Source of the DNA: Aulosira sp. ZfuVER01
GTDB taxonomy: Bacteria; Cyanobacteriota; Cyanobacteriia; Cyanobacteriales; Nostocaceae
Assembly (NCBI GenBank): GCA_034530615.2
Contig: JAVRCV020000043.1
Coordinates: forward strand, 1-64,000
Direction of reading: 5' to 3'
DNA: 64,000 nucleotides
Shown: piece by piece, positions 18,379-28,851 of the stretch
Layout: each line of letters starts with the position of its first letter
Numbering within the stretch: the stretch's first letter is position 1
The notes under the pieces: model-generated
Databases searched by the model: none
What the model saw: the letters and a program-made list of their open reading frames with translations, nothing else
What the model was told of the DNA's origin: nothing
Program-made: the position numbers and the translations under genes

Positions 18379-20649
18379 TTGAAACGAGCATTGAAAAAGA
18401 GAGTAAAGGCTGTGCTGAAAAATACCCCCAGCAGTGAAGGTGCCCCGGTAGAACAGTCAAACATGAGTAATTCTGTGAGCAACCACAGAGCGCGGACACA
18501 AGTCGCCATGATTGGCTTGGCTATCTCAATGGGAGCAACCAGCCTCTTGGTAACTCGACAAAGCGATCAAGCCCAAGCAGCGGCTCCTGTGGGCAGCCAA
18601 AAGGCAGCCTCAACGATTCCTGCGGCTCCTGACACCGAGATGAAATTTGCTCCCACAAAGCTGGAAAACCAAACCGTCTCATTAGTGAGCGTGCCGGAAA
18701 ATCCTGTAATAGTGGAACCAACAGCAATTTCACAGGTGCCTGGGCTTGAAGCTAAATTGCAAGTTGCGGCAAGTGGAATGTCTGTGCCAGTTCCGGTTTC
18801 AGAAATAACTGCCAAAACTACAGCAACCTATAAGAGTTCTTTTTATCAGCAACCCCAAGTAGTACAGGGTTTGCAAGCAGCTAACAAGCTAAAAGAAGTA
18901 CAAAAACTTTCTATTGCCAATAGTGTAGTTAATTCGCCAACTACATCCCTGACAGCAGTAGCGACAGAGAATGCAACTGCTAACAGTGAAGTTACTGCTC
19001 AACTGAAAGCGCAGCAAGAATTTGCGCTGAATCGGTTACAAGAAAAATCGAACCGTTTAAAACAAAGTCTGGCGGAGTTGCGGTCTGAGGAGAGTAAGAA
19101 TTTATCACAAGCTAACGTGGAGTTGTCTCAGCCAACAGCTGTAGTTGAGAAAGCGCCACAACTCAACGCAAGCAACATTAGAACAGAGCAGTCACCAACT
19201 ACCACTGATGCCAGCCAAGCCAGTCTGATATCTAAACTAAAACAGGCAAAAGCTGCATCTACTCCCTTAGCAACCCCTGTACCAGCTACACTCAAAGCAG
19301 CTGTACCATCGGCTACTGTTGCTTACGAAGTTAAGTCTGGAGATACCCTAGCAGCGATCGCTAGCCGTTACGGTACTTCTGTCTCAGAATTAGCTAAAGC
19401 AAATCATCTGAGCAATCCAAATCAACTGCAAATCAGTCAAAAACTGATTGTCCCATCTGCTAGCCCATCCAAGTTAGCAATTAACCCCACTGTAGAGCAG
19501 TCTGATGCTACTGCCAAAGTAGCTCCATCCCCAGTCAACACAGCCATTGTTAACCCAACTTTAACCGTGACACCACAGTTACCAGTTGTTGCTAACAACA
19601 GCAGTGTTACCATACCGACACCAGTAGCTACGAGCAACCCGATTCCAGCGAATACTGCGATCGCTTCGGAAACAGTTCCCGTTCCTACTAACAGTTACGG
19701 TATGGGTGGCGATACACCAGTGCCAAAAGTTTTTGCGGAAATGCAGTTAAATCAAAAACCGCAGAAGCTAGCAAGCAACAAAAGTAATGAGCGTCTCCAA
19801 AGCTTACAAGCAGAAATCCAGAGATTGCGTGAGAAATATCGCGCTCAACAAGCAGGTATAGTCACCCCAGCCGTCAGCGAAAATAATAATCCTGCGGTTG
19901 CGGTTCCGGTTGGTAATCCAAATAATTTTGCGGTATCCAGCCCCACGTCACCACGCAGTGCTGTACAGATTGCAGTGCCTTCACCCAATGGAACGGCTAA
20001 CTATAGTCTCCCGCAAATGAAGCCCCTATACCGGGCAACTCAACCCACTAACGAGCCAGTAAATCCAGAGTTCTTCTCTAACCAAGCCCCTGGACGCAGG
20101 ACACCTGCTCCTAGAATTGCCACACCTTCTAGAGGTGTGAATGCTTCTGACTCCCTAGGAAAGATGCGGGGAACTACAGTTTCTCCCGGTTTACCACCTT
20201 TGTCAGCAGTAGATCAATATCTACCCAAACCGATTGACGAAACCATACCTCCTCCATCCTCATCATCTGTCGCTTACATTTGGCCAGCAAAAGGTGTGCT
20301 GACATCTGGCTATGGCTGGCGCTGGGGCAAAATGCACAAAGGAATTGATGTTGCTAACTCAACTGGCACGCCAGTTTACGCATCAGCTGATGGTGTGATT
20401 GAGAAGGCAGGCTGGAATAACGGTGGCTACGGCAATCTTGTTGATATCCGCCATCCGGACGGCAGTATGACTCGCTATGGTCATAACAGCAAGATTTTAG
20501 TGCAGCCTGGTCAGCAAGTCCGACAAGGAGAAACGATTGCTCTTATGGGTAGTACTGGTTTTAGTACTGGTCCACACAGCCATTTTGAAATTCATCCAAC
20601 AGGTAAGGGTGCAGTTAACCCAATTACCTATCTGGCAAATCGTATCTAA
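18379..20649 (+). CDS. LysM/M23 peptidoglycan DD-metalloendopeptidase (NlpD-like)
   Basis: LysM YEVKSGDTLAAIA; M23 motifs HKGID, YGH, STGPHSHFE. Confidence 0.92.
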   Translation: MKRALKKRVKAVLKNTPSSEGAPVEQSNMSNSVSNHRARTQVAMIGLAISMGATSLLVTRQSDQAQAAAPVGSQKAASTIPAAPDTEMKFAPTKLENQTVSLVSVPENPVIVEPTAISQVPGLEAKLQVAASGMSVPVPVSEITAKTTATYKSSFYQQPQVVQGLQAANKLKEVQKLSIANSVVNSPTTSLTAVATENATANSEVTAQLKAQQEFALNRLQEKSNRLKQSLAELRSEESKNLSQANVELSQPTAVVEKAPQLNASNIRTEQSPTTTDASQASLISKLKQAKAASTPLATPVPATLKAAVPSATVAYEVKSGDTLAAIASRYGTSVSELAKANHLSNPNQLQISQKLIVPSASPSKLAINPTVEQSDATAKVAPSPVNTAIVNPTLTVTPQLPVVANNSSVTIPTPVATSNPIPANTAIASETVPVPTNSYGMGGDTPVPKVFAEMQLNQKPQKLASNKSNERLQSLQAEIQRLREKYRAQQAGIVTPAVSENNNPAVAVPVGNPNNFAVSSPTSPRSAVQIAVPSPNGTANYSLPQMKPLYRATQPTNEPVNPEFFSNQAPGRRTPAPRIATPSRGVNASDSLGKMRGTTVSPGLPPLSAVDQYLPKPIDETIPPPSSSSVAYIWPAKGVLTSGYGWRWGKMHKGIDVANSTGTPVYASADGVIEKAGWNNGGYGNLVDIRHPDGSMTRYGHNSKILVQPGQQVRQGETIALMGSTGFSTGPHSHFEIHPTGKGAVNPITYLANRI

Positions 20650-20817
20650 TTCCTGATTTTTCAGAATTCAATTATTACCTGATTTGTCGAGGGAGTTATA
20701 CTCCCTCTTTTGCTTGGCATAGCTATCCTCACCTCAAGCCCAAGCAAAAATTAATTGCCAGTTAGACTAGAAATCAGCAAACTTTTCTGCTATATTTAGA
20801 AATCATGTGAAAAACAT

Positions 20818-20891
20818 GGCTCAGTAGCTCAGTTGGTTAGAGCACGGGACTCATAAGCCTGGGGTCGTTGGTTCAAATCCGACCTGAGCCA
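20818..20891 (+). tRNA. tRNA-Met (CAT)
   Basis: Acceptor stem GGCTCAG/CTGAGCC, D loop AGTTGGTTAGAGC, anticodon loop CTCATAA, T loop GGTTCAAATCC. Confidence 0.93.
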
Positions 20892-20986
20892 TTTAATAAT
20901 ATAATCATCGTTACCTTTGTACTCGATAGCCAAAGCATCAGGTCTATCTGATGCTAGCTATAGAATTCTGACTTTACAGTTTTTTC

Positions 20987-21439
20987 ATGCGCGTTATCAT
21001 CCAGCGAGTTAAATCATCTCAAGTTAGCGTTAATGGTGAAATTGTTGGCAATATTGGTCGGGGGCTAAACTTACTTGTAGGGATTGCCGATACTGATACC
21101 GATGCTGAACTCGATTGGATGGCCCGTAAGTGTTTGGAATTGCGGTTGTTTCCTGATGAAATAGGGGGAGACCGTTGGCAAAAATCTGTGCAAGAAATTG
21201 GTGGTGAGTTGCTGGTAGTCAGCCAGTTTACACTTTATGGTGATTGTCGAAAAGGTCGCCGTCCCTCTTTTGACCGCTCGGCTGTTCCTTCATTAGCCCA
21301 AGATTTGTACGAACGATTTGTTACTAAATTACGTATCAGTGGTTTAAACGTGGAAACTGGTGAGTTTGGTGCAATGATGCAAGTTGCAATTGAAAATGAT
21401 GGGCCTGTAACTTTATTACTGCAAAGGGAAGCTACTTAA
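20987..21439 (+). CDS. dtd: D-aminoacyl-tRNA deacylase
   Basis: Motifs IQRV, SQFTL, GRRPSF, NDGPVT. Confidence 0.95.
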   Translation: MRVIIQRVKSSQVSVNGEIVGNIGRGLNLLVGIADTDTDAELDWMARKCLELRLFPDEIGGDRWQKSVQEIGGELLVVSQFTLYGDCRKGRRPSFDRSAVPSLAQDLYERFVTKLRISGLNVETGEFGAMMQVAIENDGPVTLLLQREAT

Positions 21440-21545
21440 GTATTTATTCGTAATTAAAGAATATCAGTAAGAGCTAAGATTGCTTAGTTCTAAAATGATG
21501 AGAGAATAATAAATTAATCATTACAAAACTTTAAGTTCACTCATC

Positions 21546-21881
21546 ATGGCAAAAATCCAGTTTTCTAGAGGTATAGACGAAGATGCAGTACCTGATGTCC
21601 GCCTAACGCGATCGCGTACTGGTGAAAGTGGGACTGCAACATTTATTTTTGTCAATCCTAAAGCTTTGGCACAAACCACTACCGAAGATATCACCGGGAT
21701 GTACATGATTGACCAAGAAGGTGAAATCATCACCCGCGAAGTTAAGGCTAGATTTGTCAACGGCAGACCAGAAGCATTAGAAGCAGTTTACCTGATCAAA
21801 TCTGCCGAGGAATGGGAGCGCTTTATTCGCTTCATGCAACGGTACGCTGAAGAAAACGGTTTGGAATTTAGCAAATCGTAA
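21546..21881 (+). CDS. psb28: Photosystem II assembly factor Psb28
   Basis: [12 protein letters not shown]...PDVRLTRS...[12 protein letters not shown]. Confidence 0.95.
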   Translation: MAKIQFSRGIDEDAVPDVRLTRSRTGESGTATFIFVNPKALAQTTTEDITGMYMIDQEGEIITREVKARFVNGRPEALEAVYLIKSAEEWERFIRFMQRYAEENGLEFSKS

Positions 21882-21891
21882 GAAGTCAAGA

Positions 21892-22169
21892 GGAGCCAGT
21901 GCGTTGCAGAGGACAGTTGCGTGGTGAGGCAGTCCGGTCTTGGGGAGCCAGTCCATTGCGGAGGTTCCCTCCGTTGTAGGAACTGGCGTGGTTCCCCCCA
22001 GGAGGAACTGCCGAAAGGGTTTCCCGACTTGAGGAGCCACTGCGTTGGACGGGTTTCCCGGCTTGAAGCAAGTGGCGTCAAACTGTCCGTCGGGTTTCGC
22101 GCGTTGTTCGCTGAAAGCGTTCCCGTTCCCTCGAAGAGGGTTCCCGCAGGGTAGGGTAGCAACTGGCGT
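21892..22169. repeat. Nest of ~46-bp small dispersed repeats
   Basis: Intact units GGAGCCA...(A/G)TGGCGT at 21944-21989 and 22033-22078 sit inside interrupted outer units; a solo copy is at 25253-25298. Confidence 0.8.
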
Positions 22170-22245
22170 TCAAAAGTCAAAAGTTTGGACTCTAGACTTT
22201 GGACTTTGAGATTTTAAACTTTGCGTGGCAGTTTTAGAAATTGAT

Positions 22246-22749
22246 ATGACGCAACAACCTCACCCAGATTCGCTAGGGATAACGCTAAATTGTGCTGTTG
22301 TCACCGTTAGCGATACACGTTCTCTGGAGACAGATAAAAGTGGTCAGCTAATCAAGGAATTACTTCTAGCTGCCAATCATGCTGTATTAGCTCACAAAAT
22401 TATCAAGGACGAACCAGCACAGATTCAAGAACAGATAAAACGGCTGGGTGAGACTACAAATCTGGATGCTGTGATTTTCAATGGTGGTACAGGTATTGCA
22501 CCAAGAGATACTACCTACGATGCAATTGAAAAATTGCTGGAGAAAACCTTGCCAGGATTTGGAGAATTGTTTCGTTTTTTAAGTTATCAAGAAATTGGTT
22601 CGCGGGCGATCGCCTCGCGCGCCGTTGCTGGTATTTATCAAAATCAATTAATCTTCTCTCTTCCTGGTTCTAGTAATGCTGTGCAGTTGGGAATGGAAAA
22701 ACTAATATTGCCAGAACTGGTTCATTTAGTCAGCCAAATGCGTAAATGA
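22246..22749 (+). CDS. moaB: MogA/MoaB molybdenum cofactor biosynthesis protein
   Basis: Motifs TVSDTR, GGTGIAPRD, LPGFGELFR, SLPGS. Confidence 0.88.
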   Translation: MTQQPHPDSLGITLNCAVVTVSDTRSLETDKSGQLIKELLLAANHAVLAHKIIKDEPAQIQEQIKRLGETTNLDAVIFNGGTGIAPRDTTYDAIEKLLEKTLPGFGELFRFLSYQEIGSRAIASRAVAGIYQNQLIFSLPGSSNAVQLGMEKLILPELVHLVSQMRK

Positions 22750-22874
22750 TCTGAAAATTTTCTATTCATCACCGTATTGTTTTATAACCATAAAAAACAA
22801 CCCCCATGAATGTGGGGGTTGGTGATTAAAAATCGACTATTTATTTAAAATGCTTTTTTTCAAATCGTAGAGAA

Positions 22875-23972
22875 TTAACGAATTGCCATACAAATGGTTG
22901 CCAAGAACGCGGCGATTACATAAAAGACGGAAACCACTTGCAATTCAGACCAACCAGTAAGCTCCAAATGATGGTGTAGAGGTGCCATTTTCAACAAGCG
23001 CTTACCTTTACCATCGGGACCTTTAGTGGCTTTGTAGTAACTAACTTGCGCCATCACAGACAGGGTTTCTACGAAGAAGATGCCGCTGAGAATGAACAAT
23101 ATGACCAAACTGTTAGTTAGTAGTGCTACAGCAGCTAGAGCGCCTCCTAGAGCCAAAGAACCAGTGTCTCCCATGAAAACACGAGCCGGGTTCCGATTGT
23201 GGGCTAAGAAGCCTAAACAACCACCGCTTAATGCAGCACAGAAAATCATCAATCCTGTTGAGGTGGGTGCAACTACAGCGCCAAGCGCCAAAAGAGCGAT
23301 CGCTACGGTTCCACCTGCCAATCCGTCAATACCATCAGTCAGATTGGTTGCATTACTCTCTGCTACTAGGGCAAAGCCAGCTAGAGGCCAGAAGAGAAAT
23401 CCTAAGGGAATGGAAGCACCTAACAACGGTAAAGCAATACTTGTGATCCCAGCAGGTTGATTAAACATCAGCCACAGACAAAATACTGCAGCAAAACCGA
23501 CCTGCAAACCTAGTTTCGTGCGGGGGGATATACCTTTATTCGACTTACGACGGAGAATTTGCCAATCGTCTAACCAGCCAATAAATCCGTAGCTGAGTGT
23601 CAATGCGGAAACCGCTAGCACTTCTTTGGCAAAATTAGACAATACGCAGGCAAGTATCACTGCTACTGGTATAAAAAATATACCACCCATAGTTGGTGTA
23701 CCTGCTTTTTTCAGATGGGCTTGGGGGCCATCTTCACGAATTATTTGCCCAGTTTTGAGTGCCTGTAGCAGCGGGATCACCCAGAAGCCTAGGGCCGCTG
23801 AACATAGCGCAGACAACAATAGTGGCAGGGTCAGAGACATACCCTGCCAAGGCAACCTATTACTCATCGAATCCAAAATCCATGCAGCCCCGCCTAGCCC
23901 GATAGCCAAACACGAAGCGATACCGATTCCAGAAAAGTTTAACCCTTGGTCAGGAGATAATTTAGCGTCCAC
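22875..23972 (-). CDS. mraY: Phospho-N-acetylmuramoyl-pentapeptide transferase
   Basis: Motifs KAGTPTMGG, NATNLTDGIDGL, VFMGDTGS, MAPLHHHLE. Confidence 0.97.
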   Translation of the reverse strand: MDAKLSPDQGLNFSGIGIASCLAIGLGGAAWILDSMSNRLPWQGMSLTLPLLLSALCSAALGFWVIPLLQALKTGQIIREDGPQAHLKKAGTPTMGGIFFIPVAVILACVLSNFAKEVLAVSALTLSYGFIGWLDDWQILRRKSNKGISPRTKLGLQVGFAAVFCLWLMFNQPAGITSIALPLLGASIPLGFLFWPLAGFALVAESNATNLTDGIDGLAGGTVAIALLALGAVVAPTSTGLMIFCAALSGGCLGFLAHNRNPARVFMGDTGSLALGGALAAVALLTNSLVILFILSGIFFVETLSVMAQVSYYKATKGPDGKGKRLLKMAPLHHHLELTGWSELQVVSVFYVIAAFLATICMAIR

Positions 23973-24052
23973 GGAAATTTCCCTTCACTCCACACTTACA
24001 AAACTGAACATATAGTGACGATATATGCCACAAAATTAAGAGCTATAACAGG

Positions 24053-24292
24053 CTAATCTTCGGCAATAGCTATATCGTCGTCGTCATCAAGATCATAATC
24101 ACCGATACCATCTTCTCCACCAAGAAACTCTGATATTTCTTCTTCATCTTCCAGAAAATCAGGTTCGTGAACGTTACGCGCAATGATCCGACCGCTGGTT
24201 TGTAACCAGTCTAAAAGATAAGTCTCTTGTTTTAATGGAATAACACCAGCTCTCTGGTTGCGGGGTTCTTCACGTAATGGAGTGTTCAACAT
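24053..24292 (-). CDS. Conserved cyanobacterial protein (DUF3134-like)
   Basis: LREEPRNQ.A.VIP and LLDWL..SGR motifs, acidic tail, upstream of mraY. Confidence 0.8.
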   Translation of the reverse strand: MLNTPLREEPRNQRAGVIPLKQETYLLDWLQTSGRIIARNVHEPDFLEDEEEISEFLGGEDGIGDYDLDDDDDIAIAED

Positions 24293-24536
24293 ACTCGGTC
24301 AAGAAACGAGGAAGTTCAAGTAACTAGACAATAAGAGTCTATCACTGGATATGAGTTAATTTAGTTATTAATTCAACTCAATAGTTGAGCAATCCGCAAT
24401 CTAGCAAAAGTAATTTATTTAATTACCTTATGGCAGATGACAGGATATTATTAATGTTCTAGTTAGACTCTATACATTTGACATTTATATATATTTGATG
24501 CTGATTTCATCCTGATGATTTTGGAGGTGATAAGCG

Positions 24537-25121
24537 ATGATTGGAAAAGCGGCTCTCTTAGATGCGATCGCCGGCACTAATCGCGGTTTACTGGCTGGTG
24601 AGCAACAGAAACAGGCTATATTAGCCGCGATCGCCACTTTAGAAGACTTTAATCCCACACCACGTCCTTTAGAGGTTCCTGATTTGCTTAATGGTAATTG
24701 GCGATTAATATATACCACAAGCAAAGCTCTATTAAATCTGGATCGATTACCTTTTTGCAAACTGGGACAAATTTATCAGTATATTCGCGTAGAAAATACT
24801 AGCGTTTACAATATAGCCGAGATATATGGCTTACCTTATTTAGAAGGATTGGTCAGTGTTGCTGCCAAATTTGAGCCAGTCTCAGGTCGTCGTGTCCTAG
24901 TCAAATTTAATCGAAGTATCATCGGTTGGCAACGGTTATTAGGTTACAATTCTCCAGAAAATTTGATCCAACAAATTGAAGCTGGTGACAAATTGACGGC
25001 AATTGATACTGCGATTAACAGTGATAGACAACCAGGATGGTTAGATATCACTTATTTAGATAGCAATCTACGGATCGGTAGAGGGAACGAGGGTAGTGTG
25101 TTTGTACTTAATAAAGTATGA
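24537..25121 (+). CDS. PAP/fibrillin family protein
   Basis: Motifs NRGLLA, NPTPRP, GNWRLIYTT, ITYLD..LRIGRG. Confidence 0.92.
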   Translation: MIGKAALLDAIAGTNRGLLAGEQQKQAILAAIATLEDFNPTPRPLEVPDLLNGNWRLIYTTSKALLNLDRLPFCKLGQIYQYIRVENTSVYNIAEIYGLPYLEGLVSVAAKFEPVSGRRVLVKFNRSIIGWQRLLGYNSPENLIQQIEAGDKLTAIDTAINSDRQPGWLDITYLDSNLRIGRGNEGSVFVLNKV

Positions 25122-25252
25122 GGTTTTTCTGAAGTGTTATCTGCGAACGACACGAAATTAAACGATCGCCAGATTTTTGTCAAGAAGGTTTACACACTAT
25201 TTTAAGTTGTGAACATTTAGCTCTTACGGGGATCGCTGGATCGGGGCATTGG

Positions 25253-25298
25253 GGAGCCAGTGCTTTGGGCGGCTTTGCCGACTTGAAGCAACTGGCGT
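25253..25298 (+). repeat. Solo 46-bp small dispersed repeat inserted in a heptamer repeat
   Basis: GGAGCCAGTGCTTTGGGCGGCTTTGCCGACTTGAAGCAACTGGCGT, same family as the 21.9-kb nest. Confidence 0.75.
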
Positions 25299-25480
25299 CA
25301 TGGGTGGCAAGGAGACGGAGACAAGGGGAAACGGGGACACGGACAAATGACTCTTGACTCTTGACTCTTGACAACCTAGAAAAATAACTTAACAAAGCTT
25401 CTGGCTGCGTCCTTCAGGTTGTAGAGTGAAATCAATTAGCCGTATTTATTGGCAATTGATAACTAAAAGGGAAAAAAATC

Positions 25481-25693
25481 ATGGTTCAACGTGGTTCTAA
25501 AGTACGTATTAACCGCCCAGAATCCTACTGGTACCAAGATGTAGGAACCGTGGCGTCTATTGACCAAAGCGGTATCAAGTATTCAGTGATTGTCCGGTTT
25601 GATAAGGTAAATTACTCAGGCATTAACACCAATAACTTTGCCCCCGAAGAATTAACAGAGATTTCAGCTCCAGCAGCGAAAGCGAAAAAGTAA
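25481..25693 (+). CDS. psaE: Photosystem I subunit IV
   Basis: RGSKVRI.RPESYW...VRFDKVNY...TNNFA. Confidence 0.97.
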   Translation: MVQRGSKVRINRPESYWYQDVGTVASIDQSGIKYSVIVRFDKVNYSGINTNNFAPEELTEISAPAAKAKK

Positions 25694-25843
25694 CCAACTG
25701 AGCTACAAGGGGATTTTTTAATGGGATGATAGAGAGAAGTTCCCAGGTCACAAGCCAACCATCGGAACTTTGGGGGTTTAATTACCTCCTACTCTCTAAT
25801 CCTCTATCCTCAAAACAGCAAATTGCTTGCTTAATCAGCTTGA

Positions 25844-26692
25844 ATGCCTGAACTGCCTGAAGTTGAAACAGTCCGCAGGGGTCTCAATCAGTTGACCCTC
25901 AATCAAGAAATTACGGGTGGAGATGTGTTGCTCGATCGCACCATCGCCTACCCGTTTTCTGTTGGTGAATTTATTCATGGAATTAAAGGGAGCGCTATTA
26001 CCACTTGGTATCGTCGTGGTAAGTATCTCCTGGCTGAATTATCTTCGTCTCTCTCCCCTAGTGTTGCCTACTTGGGAGTACATCTGCGCATGACTGGTCA
26101 ACTACTGTGGCTACATCGAGATGAACCACTACACAAGCACACTCGGGTAAGATTATTCTTTGGGGATCAACAGGAATTACGCTTCGTTGACCAGCGTACC
26201 TTTGGTCAAATGTGGTGGGTTCCCCCAAATGTTGCTGTTGAAACGGTGATTACTGGTTTAGCAAAACTCGCAGTAGATCCGTTTTCACCAGAATTTACAG
26301 TTGAGTATTTGGCGCAAAAGCTGCAAAATCGTCGCCGTCCAATTAAGACTGCCTTACTAGATCAGTCAGTCGTGGCAGGATTGGGTAACATCTATGCTGA
26401 TGAAGCACTTTTTAAGAGTGGAGTTTTACCAGAAACTCTCTGTACAGATTTGCAGCGAGAGCAAATCAAGCGTTTACGGTCTGCCATTATTCAAGTATTA
26501 GAAACCAGTATTGAGGCTGGTGGTACAACTTTTAGTAATTTCCTCAATGTCAAGGGCATCAATGGTAACTATGGCGGTGTAGCACTAGTATACAATCGTG
26601 CTGGTGAACCTTGTCGAGTTTGTGGTAATTTGATACAACGCATTAGGTTAGCTGGGCGTTCGAGTCACTTTTGCCCTGAATGCCAACATTAG
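25844..26692 (+). CDS. mutM: Formamidopyrimidine-DNA glycosylase
   Basis: MPELPEVET, HLRMTG, GLGNIYADE, C-terminal zinc finger. Confidence 0.97.
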   Translation: MPELPEVETVRRGLNQLTLNQEITGGDVLLDRTIAYPFSVGEFIHGIKGSAITTWYRRGKYLLAELSSSLSPSVAYLGVHLRMTGQLLWLHRDEPLHKHTRVRLFFGDQQELRFVDQRTFGQMWWVPPNVAVETVITGLAKLAVDPFSPEFTVEYLAQKLQNRRRPIKTALLDQSVVAGLGNIYADEALFKSGVLPETLCTDLQREQIKRLRSAIIQVLETSIEAGGTTFSNFLNVKGINGNYGGVALVYNRAGEPCRVCGNLIQRIRLAGRSSHFCPECQH

Positions 26693-26803
26693 TTGAGTTA
26701 AGTTTTAACTCAAAAATATACCAATGTTAGCTTTAGTCTCTTTATGTATTGGCGCGAGCTAAGATCCTGTATAAAAGGATCTACAAACTAGAGAGGGAAA
26801 CTC

Positions 26804-27019
26804 ATGCCAGTCAAAAGAGGTGATATGGTTCGCGCTGTCCGCGAGAAGTTGGAAAACAGCCTAGAAGCAAAAGCCAGTGATTCTCGCTTTCCTGGGTACT
26901 TGTTTGACAGCAAAGGCGAAATTGTTGATGTCAAAGGTGATTACGCCTTGGTTAAGTTTGGCAAAGTACCAACGCCTAACATTTGGTTACGTCTAGATCA
27001 ACTAGAAGAATTTAAATAA
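26804..27019 (+). CDS. ndhO: NAD(P)H-quinone oxidoreductase subunit O
   Basis: [13 protein letters not shown]...[13 protein letters not shown]. Confidence 0.93.
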   Translation: MPVKRGDMVRAVREKLENSLEAKASDSRFPGYLFDSKGEIVDVKGDYALVKFGKVPTPNIWLRLDQLEEFK

Positions 27020-27124
27020 TTCAACGCCCTCAGACTAAAGTTTAGTCTGGGGCCAGATAAACCTAGCCTACCAGGTCAGGTAGGCAGTTAAATATTATCT
27101 CCGACTATTTAGTCGCACCTATAT

Positions 27125-28105
27125 ATGTCTTCTTATCCTGAATCTCCGGCTCTGTGTCATTTACCCCGTGTCACTGTTATTGGTGCAGGTAGAGTTGGTA
27201 GTACCCTAGCTCAACGAATTGCTGAGAAAAACCTAGCAGATGTAGTGTTATTAGATATTGTCCAGGGAATGCCTCAAGGATTGGCACTAGATTTGATGGA
27301 GGCTAGGGGAATTGAAATTCATAATCGTCGAATTACTGGCACTAACAACTATGTTGATACCTCTGGTTCGGAAATCGTGGTGATTACCGCAGGGATTCCC
27401 CGCAAACCAGGTATGAGTAGAGATGATTTACTTAAAACCAATGCCAAGATTGTAGTGGAAGCAGCTAAAAATGCGATCGCCCAATCTCCTAATGCGATTT
27501 TGATTGTCGTTACCAATCCTTTGGATGTGATGACTTATTTAGCTTGGCAAGCAACTGGTTTACCACGCGATCGCGTTATGGGTATGGCGGGTGTTTTAGA
27601 TTCAGCTCGCTTTGAAACCTTCATTGCTTTAGAATTGGGGGTTTTACCCGCCGATGTTAAGGCGATGGTACTAGGTAGTCACGGCGATTTAATGGTTCCC
27701 TTGCCTCGTTATGCCAATGTCAACGGCATTCCGATTACAGAATTGTTAGATGCAGCTACCATTGAACGCTTAGTAGAGAGAACCCGTAACGGTGGTGCAG
27801 AAATTGTGGAATTGATGCAGACAGGTAGTGCTTTTTTTGCTCCCGCCTCTGCTGTCAGTGTGATGGTGGAATCGATTTTGCTGAATCAGTCGCGTTTGTT
27901 ACCTATAGCGGCTTATCTTCAAGGTGAATACGGTTTAAAAGATCTGGTCATTGGCGTTCCCTGTCGGTTGAGTTGTGGTGGAATTGAGAGTGTATTGGAA
28001 TTAAACCTCACTGATGAAGAAAAAGCTGCTTTGCGTAATTCTGCACAATCAATACGTCAAAATATTGACCGAGCGCAGGAAATGTTAGCTGCTGTCAATG
28101 TTTAA
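27125..28105 (+). CDS. mdh: Malate dehydrogenase
   Basis: Motifs IGAGRVG, TAGIPRKPGMSRDDL, VTNPLD, GSHGD. Confidence 0.95.
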   Translation: MSSYPESPALCHLPRVTVIGAGRVGSTLAQRIAEKNLADVVLLDIVQGMPQGLALDLMEARGIEIHNRRITGTNNYVDTSGSEIVVITAGIPRKPGMSRDDLLKTNAKIVVEAAKNAIAQSPNAILIVVTNPLDVMTYLAWQATGLPRDRVMGMAGVLDSARFETFIALELGVLPADVKAMVLGSHGDLMVPLPRYANVNGIPITELLDAATIERLVERTRNGGAEIVELMQTGSAFFAPASAVSVMVESILLNQSRLLPIAAYLQGEYGLKDLVIGVPCRLSCGGIESVLELNLTDEEKAALRNSAQSIRQNIDRAQEMLAAVNV

Positions 28106-28387
28106 TTTTGTCTGACGCAGAGGAAGACACTTGCGTGGTGAGGCAATGACGGGTACGTAGGGCTTTTCCTCCAAGAGCAATTGCCTACAGGAGTTCCCTG
28201 CTTGTTAGCTGCAAGCGTTCCTGCAGGGTAGCAACTAGCGTCTGTCCCTTGTGCAAAGAAAAATGCAAGATTAGAGCAGCACAAGTAAAAGGCAGTAGGA
28301 TTTCATCCCACTGCCTTGATGCTATTTACCAAGTTATTCTTTTGTTCAAAATTAACAACGCATCAAAAGCAACAATCTTAGTTTGCT

Positions 28388-28759
28388 TTAGCGGCGGTAT
28401 TCCTCATCAGCGGGATCGCCGTAGGGATCTTCACTTGCTGGGCGGATATCGCCAAATTGTTGGTCTGCTGGGTCGCCATAAGGGTCTTGGCTGGCGGGGA
28501 TGGCGTTGCCGTAAACATCAGCTGGGTCGCCATAGGGGTCTTGGCTGGCAGGGATGGCGTTGCCGTAAACATCAGCCGGGTCGCCATAAGGGTCTTGGCT
28601 AGCGGGGGTGACGTTACCGTAAACATCCTGGTCGGCGGGATCGCCGTAGGGGTCTTCGCTAGCTGGACGTACATCGCGATCGCGGTATTCTTCGTTAGCT
28701 TGATCGTCGTTCCTTCCTAAGAACAAATCCTTCGCCCTGCGGAAAAAATCATCTACCAT
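28388..28759 (-). CDS. Small acidic protein with PAS(Q/E)DPYGDPAD repeats
   Basis: RBS GGAG upstream; five copies of the motif, central copies with a 54-bp period. Confidence 0.8.
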   Translation of the reverse strand: MVDDFFRRAKDLFLGRNDDQANEEYRDRDVRPASEDPYGDPADQDVYGNVTPASQDPYGDPADVYGNAIPASQDPYGDPADVYGNAIPASQDPYGDPADQQFGDIRPASEDPYGDPADEEYRR

Positions 28760-28851
28760 GATCTATCTCCTTTGTGAATATTGTGGTTCCACGTGCGCGA
28801 TAGGCGTTATCTTCGGGAAGTCGCTTTGATTTACACACACGTTTCACTTAT

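Noticed and set aside
21777..22180. Several short ORFs over the nested repeat region
   Set aside because: GC-rich repeat DNA is stop-poor, and the ORFs have no recognisable protein features.
28420..28670. 54-bp tandem repeats as a CRISPR-like array; alternative ORFs 28249-28602, 28378-28674 and 28457-28720
   Set aside because: The period is a multiple of 3, variation is largely synonymous in the 28388-28759 frame, and there are no unique spacers. The other frames are shadows.
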